NCBI GenBank assembly: GCA_965248445.1
Contig: CBDFJG010000003.1
Span: 1,568,001-1,632,000 of the forward strand
Length of the DNA: 64,000 bases
Reading direction: 5' to 3'
Source: Planctomycetota bacterium
Lineage (GTDB): Bacteria; Planctomycetota; JAJSAM01; JAJVHW01
The translations under genes were made by a program, and so were the position numbers. Shown piece by piece: positions 30,101 to 39,642 of the stretch (its first letter is position 1; each line of letters begins with the position of its first letter). The notes beneath the pieces were generated by a model. The model was given only the letters and a program-made list of their open reading frames with translations. It was not told where the DNA came from and made no database searches.

Positions 30101-33100
30101 GGACGGTCGTGACGCCGTGCAGGTTGTGGAACGCGGCGCCGACGTCCTCGACGAGATCGCGCATGGCACGGGAGTCGCCCCCGATCACACACTGGGTGTC
30201 CGTGTTCACGATGAGCAGGTACGTGCGCGGGTGGCGCGCCACGGCTTCGCGGACGAGCTCCGCCGGCGCGTCGACCACACCGACCGCCCACGAGACCGGT
30301 ACGTCGGCCCGCAGCTGCCATGTCTCACGGGCGGCCTCACACGGGCCGGCCAGGTCGCGGGAGAACAGCGTCGTGTCGCGCATGCGGAGCAGCATCTCGT
30401 CGCGGTGCCCCCATGCGTGCAACGCCCAGAGCGCCGTGCTCTCTCCGAGCGAGTAGCCGAGGGCCGCATGCGGCTCGACCCACAGCGCAGCGAGGATCGA
30501 TGTCACGAACATCCCCACGCCCACCTGCGCACGAAGGAGCGGCCCGTGGTCGTCCGGCCGCTGAGGCGCATCGGCGCGCCACGCGTACTCGGGGGCCATC
30601 TGCGAGCGCTCGGCGACGGTGTCGAGGCCCTGCGCTGCCGACGGGAACCAGACCGCGAGTTCGCGTCCCATGTCGGGGAAGTGGTTTCCCGAGCCCGGAT
30701 ACACGAACGCCACCTGGCCGGCGGCGGCGAGCGGCTCCGCTGCGACGCGCACTCCGCGCTCGGTCGAACCGGTGTCGAGCGCGCGACCGGCCGCCGCCAC
30801 GCGGTCGGCCAGGTCGTCCCTTTCGCGCACCACGAGCGCGACCCGTGCGGACTCGCTCTTCGCCTCACGCGACCACCAGCGTGCGGCGGCCGCATGGATG
30901 GACTCACCCGCGCGGCGCCACGCCGCCAGCGCACCGAGTTCGTGCGGCGCCGCCAAGAACACAGCGAGTGGCAACTCGCGGAGCCGGCGCATTCCGCCCG
31001 GCCGGAGCAGGACACCGCCCGCCTGAGCGATGCGCAGACCTCGGTCGTTCAGCCACGGCCGCGGCCGGTCAACCGTGCCGTCGTTGATTCCGGGCGGGAG
31101 GACGCCTTCGGTGAGGCAGCCCACGGCCAAGGCGACGTCGGCCATGCCGCTCGCCGACCCCAGGCCGCCGAGTCGTCCGGAGAGACCGTCGAACGGCAGT
31201 GTGGCGGCGACCGCCGCCGGCCATGCCGCCGGAGCAATCACAGCGACACAGGTGCGAGGATCCCACTCGTGAAGGCCCTCCTTCTCCCAGCGCTCGAGCA
31301 CGAGCACGGCAGCACCGTCGGCCGCGGGACGGTCCGCGCCCGTACGCCCCGACACGAGATTTCGCACCTCCCCGGCCGCGTCGACCGCCCCCACCACGGC
31401 ACAGTCGATCTCGCCGCGGCGGATCGCCTGAAGCGCGAGCGACATCGCCGTCGTTCCGGGGTCCGCGGCACCGATCGACATGCACGGTCCGCCAAACCCG
31501 AACTCTCGCGCGACGCGAGTCGCGATGACGCCACCGAGTGCTCCGAGCGTGCGATCGGCGGTGAGCGGGGGCGAAGCGAGATCCGCACCGGTCCAGCGAA
31601 CGTGAAAGTCGGTCGTGCCGGGATCGAGCTCGATCCCGAAGAAGACGCCGGTGCGAAGCGGGTCCTCCGCGTCGTGTGTACTGCCCTTCATGAGGTCGCT
31701 GCGAACCGCCCGTCGCTTGGCTTCAGCCATGTCGAGTGCGGCCTTCGCGACGTCCAGCGCGACGACCTGCTGCGGGAGCATCTCGCGGAGTTCGGTCGGG
31801 GGGATGCGGAAGCGGCGGGCCGGGACACTCAGCGTCCCCCAGCGGCGCGCGGCCGGGGCATCGATCCCGAACGAGCCCTGCGTCGTGGCGTCAACCGCCA
31901 CGTCCTCTGACAGGATCCGTTCGTACACGGCCGTCGTGTCCGCGTCTGGTCCTACTCGGAGTGCGAATCCCGTGATCGCGATCCGCTCCTCGCTCGGCAC
32001 ACGAGTCTCCGAGCGCGGCGGCGCGCCGTTCCACTCTTCGAGGAGCACGTGCGCGTTCGTGCCGCCGAAGCCGAACGCGTTGATGCCCGCGCGACGCGGC
32101 TCGCCGTCACGTGGGGTCCACGGCCGTGACTCGGTCAGGACGTCGAACGGTCCACCGAGGCCCTTGTTCGCCTGCTCAAACCCTGCCGTGGGCGGCAACT
32201 CGCGGTGCCGCATCGACAGCAGCACCTTGATCAGGCCTGCCGCGCCCGCGCCGGTCAACAGGTGGCCGACGTTTGACTTCACCGACCCGACGACGCACGC
32301 TCCGGTGGCGTCGCCCCACAGTTCACGCAGCGAGCCCAGCTCGATGGCGTCCCCCACCGGTGTGCCGGTGCCGTGGCACTCGATCAGCTCCACCTCTTGC
32401 GGCTGCCAGCCCGCTTGGGCGTACGCGGCGCGCAGTGCGCGCAGTTGCCCTTCGCGGCTCGGCGAGAGCAGGCTGCCGTCGACATCGTTCGAGAGACCGA
32501 TGCCGCGAATGACGGCGTGGACGGTGTCGCCATGAGCGATCGCATCCTCGAGGCGCTTCAGGACGACGACACCCGCGCCCTCGCCGACGACGAGCCCGTC
32601 TCCACGCGCGTCGAACGGACGACACGCGCCGGTGGGAGAGAGCGCACGAAGCTGGGTGAAGCCCATCTGCGTGTAGAGCGCGTCGGGACGGGAGAGCCCA
32701 CCGCTCAACACCGCGTCGCACTCACCGTCTTCGAGTGCGGCGCACGCGAGATGGAGCGCGAAGAGCGACGACGCGCACGCGGCATCGAGAGTGAAGGCCG
32801 GTCCGCCGAACCCGAGCGCCTCGGCCACCATCTGCGCCGGCAGGCCGAGCACCTGCGCGTCCTCGGGGTACACGGGCTCGTCGGGGACGTCGCGACCGAG
32901 TTGCTTCGCCAGCTGCCGGCCCAGCGTGGCTCGCGCCAGCGCCGACGCGCGCTCCGTCGGGAGCGCGATGTTGCCGAGGATCACACCGACCCGGGAGCGG
33001 TCGACATCGTCGGTCTGCGCGTCTTCCCACGCCGCCCGAGCGGCGTGCAACGCGAAGTGCACGGACGGATCGAGGCGAGCGAGGCGCTCCGGCTCGATGT

Positions 33101-33334
33101 CGAGGCCGCGCGGATCCAGCTCGAACCCAGTGACGAAGCACCCGTGCTTCGATACGACGTGGTCCGCGCGTGGTCCGGACGGATCGTGGATCGCATCGGG
33201 ATCGAGCAGCCAGCGTCCGGGCGGCGGCTCGCGGAACGCGCTCCGTCCCTCGCGCACGTTCGACCAGAACGCCGCGAGATCCGGGGCGTCGGGGAACAGC
33301 CCCCGAGACCGCAGATCGCGATGCTGCGTGGCAT
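27165..33334 (-). CDS. pfaC: PUFA synthase subunit PfaBC/Pfa3 (KS-CLF-AT-DH-DH), with an apparent 1-nt frameshift at about 33300-33304
   Basis: DAACASS, CHGTGT and VGHLLTGAG (KS); degenerate second KS (CLF); GYSLG (AT); FabA-like CHFVDDEVMPG and AHFKDDPVWPG. The N-terminal MPRSIAICGLGG from ATG 33334 lies in another frame. Confidence 0.88.
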
Positions 33335-33336
33335 GC

Positions 33337-36300
33337 CTACACCGTGACGGGGAGTGCGTTCTCGCTGTACGCGGTCTCGAGAGATGCGTCCACGACGCAC
33401 TCGTATCCGTCTGCGGACAGCAGGACGGCCCCGTCGGCTTCGACGAACGCCAGATCCGCCGTGGCCGCGCTGTTCACCGTGCGGCGCACGTTGGCGACGA
33501 CGCGGACGCCGTCCCGCGGCAGGGACGACGCGTACATACGCAGCCGCCCGATCGCCGTCGGGAGTGAGGGAGCGCCGCGCGTGGCGCGCGTCCAGAGCAC
33601 CATCAGCTGGAACGCTCCGTCGAGCGCCAGCGGATCGGTGACGAAGCGCCCGCGCAGCGGTGACTCCATCCAGTCGCCGGGACGCGGCGCCGTGGCGACG
33701 TCGCCCACGATTCCGTCCGGACCGCAGGCGTCGACCTTGCGGATCGCACGCAGTAGCGGACCGTGGAACAGCTGGTCGGGGTAGAGAGCCCCGCTCCCGA
33801 TCGGCTCCCCCGCCGGCTGTTCGGGCGCAGCGGGTGCGGCCGGGAGCTGATCGACAAGCAGCGCCGTGGCGCGGGCGTGCAGTACGTCTCCCCGGGGACC
33901 GGCATCGCTGCGCAGTTCGACGGACACTCTCGACACGCCGTCTGCGTCAGCGTATGGGGCGGCGGACACGTGCACACGAACCCGCGCACTCTGCTCGGCC
34001 GTCAGCTTCAGGCCGTTCAGGACGCGCAGGTCGTCGAGACCGTGGAAGCGCAATCCCGGGTTCACGTGCAGTGCCCCGTGGGCCATCCACTCGATCATGA
34101 GGACGACCGGCAGGACGGCCTTGCCGCCGACCACGTGGTCGCGCAGGACCGGGTGAGACGCGATGTCGACAGAACGCTCGAACGCCACCGGCGCAGCCGT
34201 GATCGGCGCGGGCGGTGCGAGCGCAGCGCTGCTGCCTTCGCCAAGCACCACGACCTCGACCGCGCCACCGACGCTGGCGCGCGCCTCGCGCACGACATGA
34301 CGGGCACCGACCGCGCGGTCGATGACCTGGATGCCCTCGTCCTCGAACACGCGGCGCAGCGACGCGTCGACCATGCCGCCGTCCCATGGTCCCCAGTTGA
34401 CGGAGACGACGCGGCACGCCGGACGGCCGACCGCCTCTCGCTGCGACATCTTGTTGAGGACCTCGTTCGCTGCCGCGTAGTCGATCTGGCCCGTGCGGCC
34501 GAAACGGCCTGTCGACGACGAGAACACGACGAGCAAGCGCAGGTCCTCGGGTTCGTCCGCGGACGCCGCATCGAGCAGCGCACGGAGGCCGTCCACCTTG
34601 GTGCCGTAGACGCGGTTGAACTCCTCGATCGTCTTGTCTTCGATGCGACTGTCGGCGAGCACGCCGGCGCCGTGCACGATCCCGCGTACGGGGCCGTGGG
34701 TCGCGCGCGCGTCGGCGACGGCCGCGGCGACCGCCTCGGGGGAACGCACGTCGCACGGTGCGTAACGGACCTCCGCGCCGGCCTCGCGCATCCGGTCGAG
34801 GTTCGCCCGCGCCTCGCGCACGGCGAGCACACGGCCGACCGCGTCCTTGGCGGCGCGGGGAGAGCCGCCACCGGTTCCGCGCGCGATCATCTCTCGCAAC
34901 AGCGAGCTCTCGTCGGCGAGTCCGGCCATCCACGCGGGCTCGTCATCGAGCGTGCTGCGTCCGAGGACGAGCAGCGCGGGCACGAACTCGGCGGCGAGGG
35001 CGACGGCAACGTCCGCCGTCACACCGCGGGCGCCGCCGCTCACGACCACGAGGTCACCCTTGGCGAGAGGTGTGGCGTTGCCGTCCTCGAGCGCCTCCGC
35101 GCGCAGCGTCGGAACCATGCGGATACCCGGTGCGAAGAGACCGACTTCCGTCGGCTGCGCGAAGAACGCCTCCTCGACGATGGCGGCGGCAGCCGTTTCG
35201 AGGTCCTCGGCATCGGGTGCGACGTCGAGCGCGCGGCATGTGACGCCGGGCCACTCGTGAGCGGCAGTCTTCGCGAATCCCGCCAAGCCGGCTGTGGTCG
35301 TGTCCGCGCCGTTCATGGCCTTCAACCCGAACGCTCCGTCGAGACGCGACACCGTCACGAACAGACCGCGCGCCTCACGGAGTGCGGGCGCCGCACGGAC
35401 GAGCAGCGACAGCGTGTCGCGCAGGAACGCGTCGCCCGCTCCGCGGGATGGCGCGACGACGAACAGACCCGCAAGGCGCTCCGGCAGATCACCGGCGTTC
35501 TGCACGGCAACCACCTGGGCCGTGTGGCCGTGGTCCTGCAGCGCCGCTGCGACCGCAGCGCCGAGGCCGTTGCCGTCGCAGGCCACGAGGATCGTGCCCT
35601 CGCCCGGCGCGACGCGCTCGCGCACGTCGCCGTTCAGGTCGACCGTCGTCAGCACGTGCCGCTCGATCGCCGCCGGCGCCGCGGTCGGCGCGGGAGCGAC
35701 GGACACCGGCGCAGGAACCGCATCGCCGGAACCGCCCAGTTCGGAGACGACATCGCCCAGTGTGCGCAGAGCGCCGAGCCGTTCGCTCGCCACCGCGGGC
35801 AGGGACGGCACGCGCTCCTGCATCGCCGAGAGGATCTCGACGCGCTTGATCGAGTCGATGCCGAGGTCCGCATCGAGCTCCATGTCGAGGTCGAGCATCT
35901 CGACCGGATAGCCGGTCTTCTCGCACACGACCTCGAGCAGCAGCGAACCGAGATCGGGACCGGACGACGCGGCATCGGCCTGCACGGGCGCGGACGCGGC
36001 GACGGGCAGTTGACCCAGTTCGGCGACGACGTCGCCCAGCGTGCGAAGTGCACCGAGACGATCGCTCGCAACGGCCGGGAGCGACGGGACGCGCTCCTGC
36101 ATCGCCGAGAGGATCTCGACGCGCTTGATCGAGTCGATACCGAGATCCGCGTCGAGTTCCATGTCGAGGTCGAGCATCTCGACCGGGTAGCCGGTCTTCT
36201 CGCACACGACCTCGAGGAGCAGCGGACCGAGGTCCAGACCAGCGGCGGGCGTGGGAGTCGGGGCTGCGGCCGGCGCGGCGATCGGTGCGATCGGCGGCGC

Positions 36301-39300
36301 CACGAGCGCAGGTGCGGGAGCCGTGATCGGTGCGGCTACAACCGCGCCATCTGCGTGAGCAGATGGGCCAGAAGGCAATCCCAGCAGGGCCTCCTGCTGG
36401 CGGAGCAACGTCTCGAGGGCGCGCTGTGCGGCCTCCTGGCCCTCGAGGAACCGCCGGTGAACATCGGCGGTCTGCTCCTGCATGCGGAGGAGCGCGGTCA
36501 TCTGCTCGCGCAACGAGGCGAGCGCCGCGCCGCCTTCCGCGGCGGCACGCGGTGGCGGTTCGGCCGGTCTCCTCGTGATGGGAGACGGCGGAACGGCACT
36601 CGCCGGTGCGTGAAGCGCGGCCCCGATCGCGGGGGCGGCGAACGCGGCGGACGGAGCGGTGGCGCTGGGTGTGGGCGCTGCCTGCGGCGCGCTCGCTGGC
36701 ACCATCGGCGCGGCGGTGTCGCCGCGCACGACCGGCATCGGTGGTGCCTTCGGTCGCTTGGGACGGGGGTTCATCACGTTGGCTCCACAGATCGGGATGC
36801 GCAGGCGGCGCACCGCGTCGGCTTCATCGGCTTCTGGCGGACCGCCGTCGTTCCAGGCGTCCAGTGCGACGCCGTGACCACCGGCGGCGAGGCGCGCGAG
36901 GGCGACGGCGAGATCGTGCATACCGCTCCGCTTGCCGCTCGACGCGTCGAGTGCGACGGCTGCGTGCTCTCGCCCTTCGAGTATCCGTCCGACCAGCGCG
37001 GTCAGCCGCCCGCCGGGTCCGACTTCGAGGAAGGTGTGCACGCCGTCCGCGTGCATGCGTTCCACGAGGCCCGTCCAGTCGACGGAATTCACGAGTTGCC
37101 CGGCGAGCAGATCGCGCGCGGCGTCGGCGTCTTCCGCATACGGCTCCGCGGTCGTGTTCGCGTAGACCGGCGTCTCTCCCGCGAACGGAAGGTCGGCGAG
37201 AGCGTCACGCAGCGGACGGGCGGCGTCCGCCACCAGCGGGGAGTGGAACGCGGCGGACACCGGCAGCAGGGTCGCGCGGACTCCCTGCTCTGCGGCGAGC
37301 TCCTGGGCCCGCTCGATCTCCCGGCGTTCGCCGGAGACGACCGTTTGCACCGGCGCGTTGAGGTTGGCGATCGAGAGACGCAGTTCGCCGTCCTCGACGA
37401 ACCGCACCGCACCGTCTCCGTCCAGCGCGAGAGCCAGCATCGCCCCGCGGCCGCCGTCGCCGTCCGCCATCAGAGCACCGCGGAGACACGACAGTTCGAT
37501 CAGCGCCGCGGTGTTCCAGCCGTGCGCGGCCGAGAGCGCCGACAGTTCCCCGTAGCTGTGTCCGGCGTATGCCTGCGGCGCCAGAGCGAACGTCCCGATC
37601 AGCGCGGCGAGCGCGCCGACGCTGACCGCGCCGATGGCCGGCTGCGCGACGCGCGTGTCGCGGAGGAGCTTCTCGGCGTGCCCCCGGACGATGTCGTTCC
37701 ACTGGTTCTGCGGGAAGATGCGGTCGGACAGTTCCATCCCGACCGTCACGCCCCCGGCGAGACCGCTGGCCGCCAGCTCGAATGCCTGGTCGGCTGTTTC
37801 GAGCGCGCGCTGCACGGCCGGGAACCGGCAGGCTAGATCGCGCAACATGCCGACGTACTGCGAACCCTGTCCCGGGAACAGCACTGCGAGCTTGCCGATG
37901 AGAGAGCCGTGTCCGAAGTGTGCGCCGTCCGGCGTGCTCCACTGCTTCGCCTTCGGACGGCTCTTCAGCATTGCCTGCGCGTTGTGGAGCTGTGAGCCGA
38001 GGTCGGTGCGGTCGCGCTCGATGACGAGAACCAGCCGGTTGTCCGCGAGCGGATCGAACCGGCCCCGTGCGTCGGCCGAGCGGCGGGCGAGTTCGTCCCA
38101 CTCGATCTCTGCCGGGAACGCGGCCACTGTTGCGCGGAGCTCCTCTACCGACGCAGCGGCGAACGGCAGGATCTCGACGTCGGGGTCCCAGTCGATGCCG
38201 GGCTTCTCCGACCGATGTTCCTCGAGCACGCCGTGGAAGTTGCTGCCTCCGAATCCGAACGCGCTCAGCGCGGCGCGGCGCGGATGTGCGACCCGCCGCA
38301 GCCACGGACGCTTCTCGGTCGGAAGGTAGAACGGCGACTCACCGTCTGCGAGCGGCTCGAGCGGATCCGTGATTCGCAGCGTCGGCGGGACCACCTTGTG
38401 GAACAACGCCAGCGCGGACTTGATCAGTCCCGCGATGCCGGCGGCGGCTTTGGTGTGTCCGATCGCGGACTTCACCGAACCGAGCGCAGCCCACTGCCCG
38501 TCCGTACGAGAATCGCGGTACACCTCGGTCAGCGCGGCGAGCTCGGTCGCGTCGCCGACCCGCGTCCCGGTGCCGTGAGCCTCGACCAGTTCGACCGTCT
38601 CGGGCGAGACGTCGGCTGCGGCATACGCGCGACGGAGCGCGCGCATCTGGCCGTCGGACTTGGGCGCGTAGACAGCGCCGCCCTTGCCGTCGCTAGAAGA
38701 GCCGATGCCCTTGAGGACTGCGTAGACGCGGTCCCCGTCGCGCTCCGCGTCCGCCAGCCGCTTGAGCACGACGATGCCGACGCCCTCGCCGAGGATCGTC
38801 CCGTCGCCGGCGCAGTCGAACGGACGCGCGGCGCCCGTCGACGACAGTGCGGTCGTCTTGCTGAAGCACATGTACATGAACACGTCGCTGAACGTGTCGA
38901 CACCACCGGCGAGCACCATGTCGCTCTTGCCGGATGCGAGTTCCATCGAAGCGACGTGCAACGCGCCCATCGAACTGGCGCACGCGGCGTCGACGACACA
39001 GTTGGTCCCGTGCAGGTCCAGCCGGTTCGCGATGCGTCCGGCCACGACGTTGCCGAGCAGGCCGGGGAACGAATTCTCCTGCCACTCGGGGTAGCTGTCG
39101 GAAATGCGTGCCACGACGTCGTCAGCGAGTTCCTTCGGTACGCCCGCTTCGGCCAGCGCGCGGCGCCACACCGGGTGACCGAGACGTGCACCCAAGGGGA
39201 TGACAAGCTCGAGAGCGCCGGTGACGCCGAGAATCACACTCGCGCGATCGCGGTCGAACGTCTTGCCGTTCTTGCCGTAGCCCGCGTCGCGCAGAGCGCG

Positions 39301-39642
39301 CTTGGCTGCGACGAGTCCGAGCAGTTGCGACGTGTCGGTCGCCTCGAGGTCGCGCGGCGCGATGCCGAACTCCATCGGGTCGAAGTCGATCGCGTCGAGG
39401 AAACCGCCCTTCGCTCCGTAGAGCATGTCGCGGGACTTTGGGTCCTCGGCGAGATACGACTCGACGTCCCAGTGCGTCTCCGGAACGTCGGTGATCGCGT
39501 CGACGCCCTTCTGGAGGTTCTGCCAGTAACGCTCGAGCCCGTCGGCCTTGGGGAACATCGCCCCGATGCCGACGATCGCGATCGGGACGGAACTCCCGGT
39601 CACGGGACGGTCGATGGGCGTGGCGTCGGTCGTGTCGCTCAT
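33337..39642 (-). CDS. pfaA: PUFA synthase subunit PfaA/Pfa2 (KS-AT-ACP-ACP-KR-DH)
   Basis: WQENSFPGLLGNVVAGRIANR, DAACASS, HGTGT, GHSYG, two LGIDSIKRVEIL ACPs, GGARGVT (KR), HVVGGKAVLP (DH). ATG 39642 is coupled to the pfaD stop. Confidence 0.93.
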   Translation of the reverse strand: MSDTTDATPIDRPVTGSSVPIAIVGIGAMFPKADGLERYWQNLQKGVDAITDVPETHWDVESYLAEDPKSRDMLYGAKGGFLDAIDFDPMEFGIAPRDLEATDTSQLLGLVAAKRALRDAGYGKNGKTFDRDRASVILGVTGALELVIPLGARLGHPVWRRALAEAGVPKELADDVVARISDSYPEWQENSFPGLLGNVVAGRIANRLDLHGTNCVVDAACASSMGALHVASMELASGKSDMVLAGGVDTFSDVFMYMCFSKTTALSSTGAARPFDCAGDGTILGEGVGIVVLKRLADAERDGDRVYAVLKGIGSSSDGKGGAVYAPKSDGQMRALRRAYAAADVSPETVELVEAHGTGTRVGDATELAALTEVYRDSRTDGQWAALGSVKSAIGHTKAAAGIAGLIKSALALFHKVVPPTLRITDPLEPLADGESPFYLPTEKRPWLRRVAHPRRAALSAFGFGGSNFHGVLEEHRSEKPGIDWDPDVEILPFAAASVEELRATVAAFPAEIEWDELARRSADARGRFDPLADNRLVLVIERDRTDLGSQLHNAQAMLKSRPKAKQWSTPDGAHFGHGSLIGKLAVLFPGQGSQYVGMLRDLACRFPAVQRALETADQAFELAASGLAGGVTVGMELSDRIFPQNQWNDIVRGHAEKLLRDTRVAQPAIGAVSVGALAALIGTFALAPQAYAGHSYGELSALSAAHGWNTAALIELSCLRGALMADGDGGRGAMLALALDGDGAVRFVEDGELRLSIANLNAPVQTVVSGERREIERAQELAAEQGVRATLLPVSAAFHSPLVADAARPLRDALADLPFAGETPVYANTTAEPYAEDADAARDLLAGQLVNSVDWTGLVERMHADGVHTFLEVGPGGRLTALVGRILEGREHAAVALDASSGKRSGMHDLAVALARLAAGGHGVALDAWNDGGPPEADEADAVRRLRIPICGANVMNPRPKRPKAPPMPVVRGDTAAPMVPASAPQAAPTPSATAPSAAFAAPAIGAALHAPASAVPPSPITRRPAEPPPRAAAEGGAALASLREQMTALLRMQEQTADVHRRFLEGQEAAQRALETLLRQQEALLGLPSGPSAHADGAVVAAPITAPAPALVAPPIAPIAAPAAAPTPTPAAGLDLGPLLLEVVCEKTGYPVEMLDLDMELDADLGIDSIKRVEILSAMQERVPSLPAVASDRLGALRTLGDVVAELGQLPVAASAPVQADAASSGPDLGSLLLEVVCEKTGYPVEMLDLDMELDADLGIDSIKRVEILSAMQERVPSLPAVASERLGALRTLGDVVSELGGSGDAVPAPVSVAPAPTAAPAAIERHVLTTVDLNGDVRERVAPGEGTILVACDGNGLGAAVAAALQDHGHTAQVVAVQNAGDLPERLAGLFVVAPSRGAGDAFLRDTLSLLVRAAPALREARGLFVTVSRLDGAFGLKAMNGADTTTAGLAGFAKTAAHEWPGVTCRALDVAPDAEDLETAAAAIVEEAFFAQPTEVGLFAPGIRMVPTLRAEALEDGNATPLAKGDLVVVSGGARGVTADVAVALAAEFVPALLVLGRSTLDDEPAWMAGLADESSLLREMIARGTGGGSPRAAKDAVGRVLAVREARANLDRMREAGAEVRYAPCDVRSPEAVAAAVADARATHGPVRGIVHGAGVLADSRIEDKTIEEFNRVYGTKVDGLRALLDAASADEPEDLRLLVVFSSSTGRFGRTGQIDYAAANEVLNKMSQREAVGRPACRVVSVNWGPWDGGMVDASLRRVFEDEGIQVIDRAVGARHVVREARASVGGAVEVVVLGEGSSAALAPPAPITAAPVAFERSVDIASHPVLRDHVVGGKAVLPVVLMIEWMAHGALHVNPGLRFHGLDDLRVLNGLKLTAEQSARVRVHVSAAPYADADGVSRVSVELRSDAGPRGDVLHARATALLVDQLPAAPAAPEQPAGEPIGSGALYPDQLFHGPLLRAIRKVDACGPDGIVGDVATAPRPGDWMESPLRGRFVTDPLALDGAFQLMVLWTRATRGAPSLPTAIGRLRMYASSLPRDGVRVVANVRRTVNSAATADLAFVEADGAVLLSADGYECVVDASLETAYSENALPVTV
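35735..36230 (-). repeat. Tandem near-identical ACP-coding repeats inside pfaA
   Basis: Two ~215-nt copies encoding LLLEVVCEKTGYPVEMLDLDMELDADLGIDSIKRVEILSAMQERVPSLPAVAS(D/E)RLGALRTLGDVV. Confidence 0.9.

Noticed and set aside
33763..37836. 1357-aa plus-strand ORF (and similar long antisense ORFs, e.g. 24685-27207, 29814-31910, 57771-60074)
   Set aside because: These are shadow ORFs opposite clearly recognisable genes, expected at this GC content; they show no motifs.
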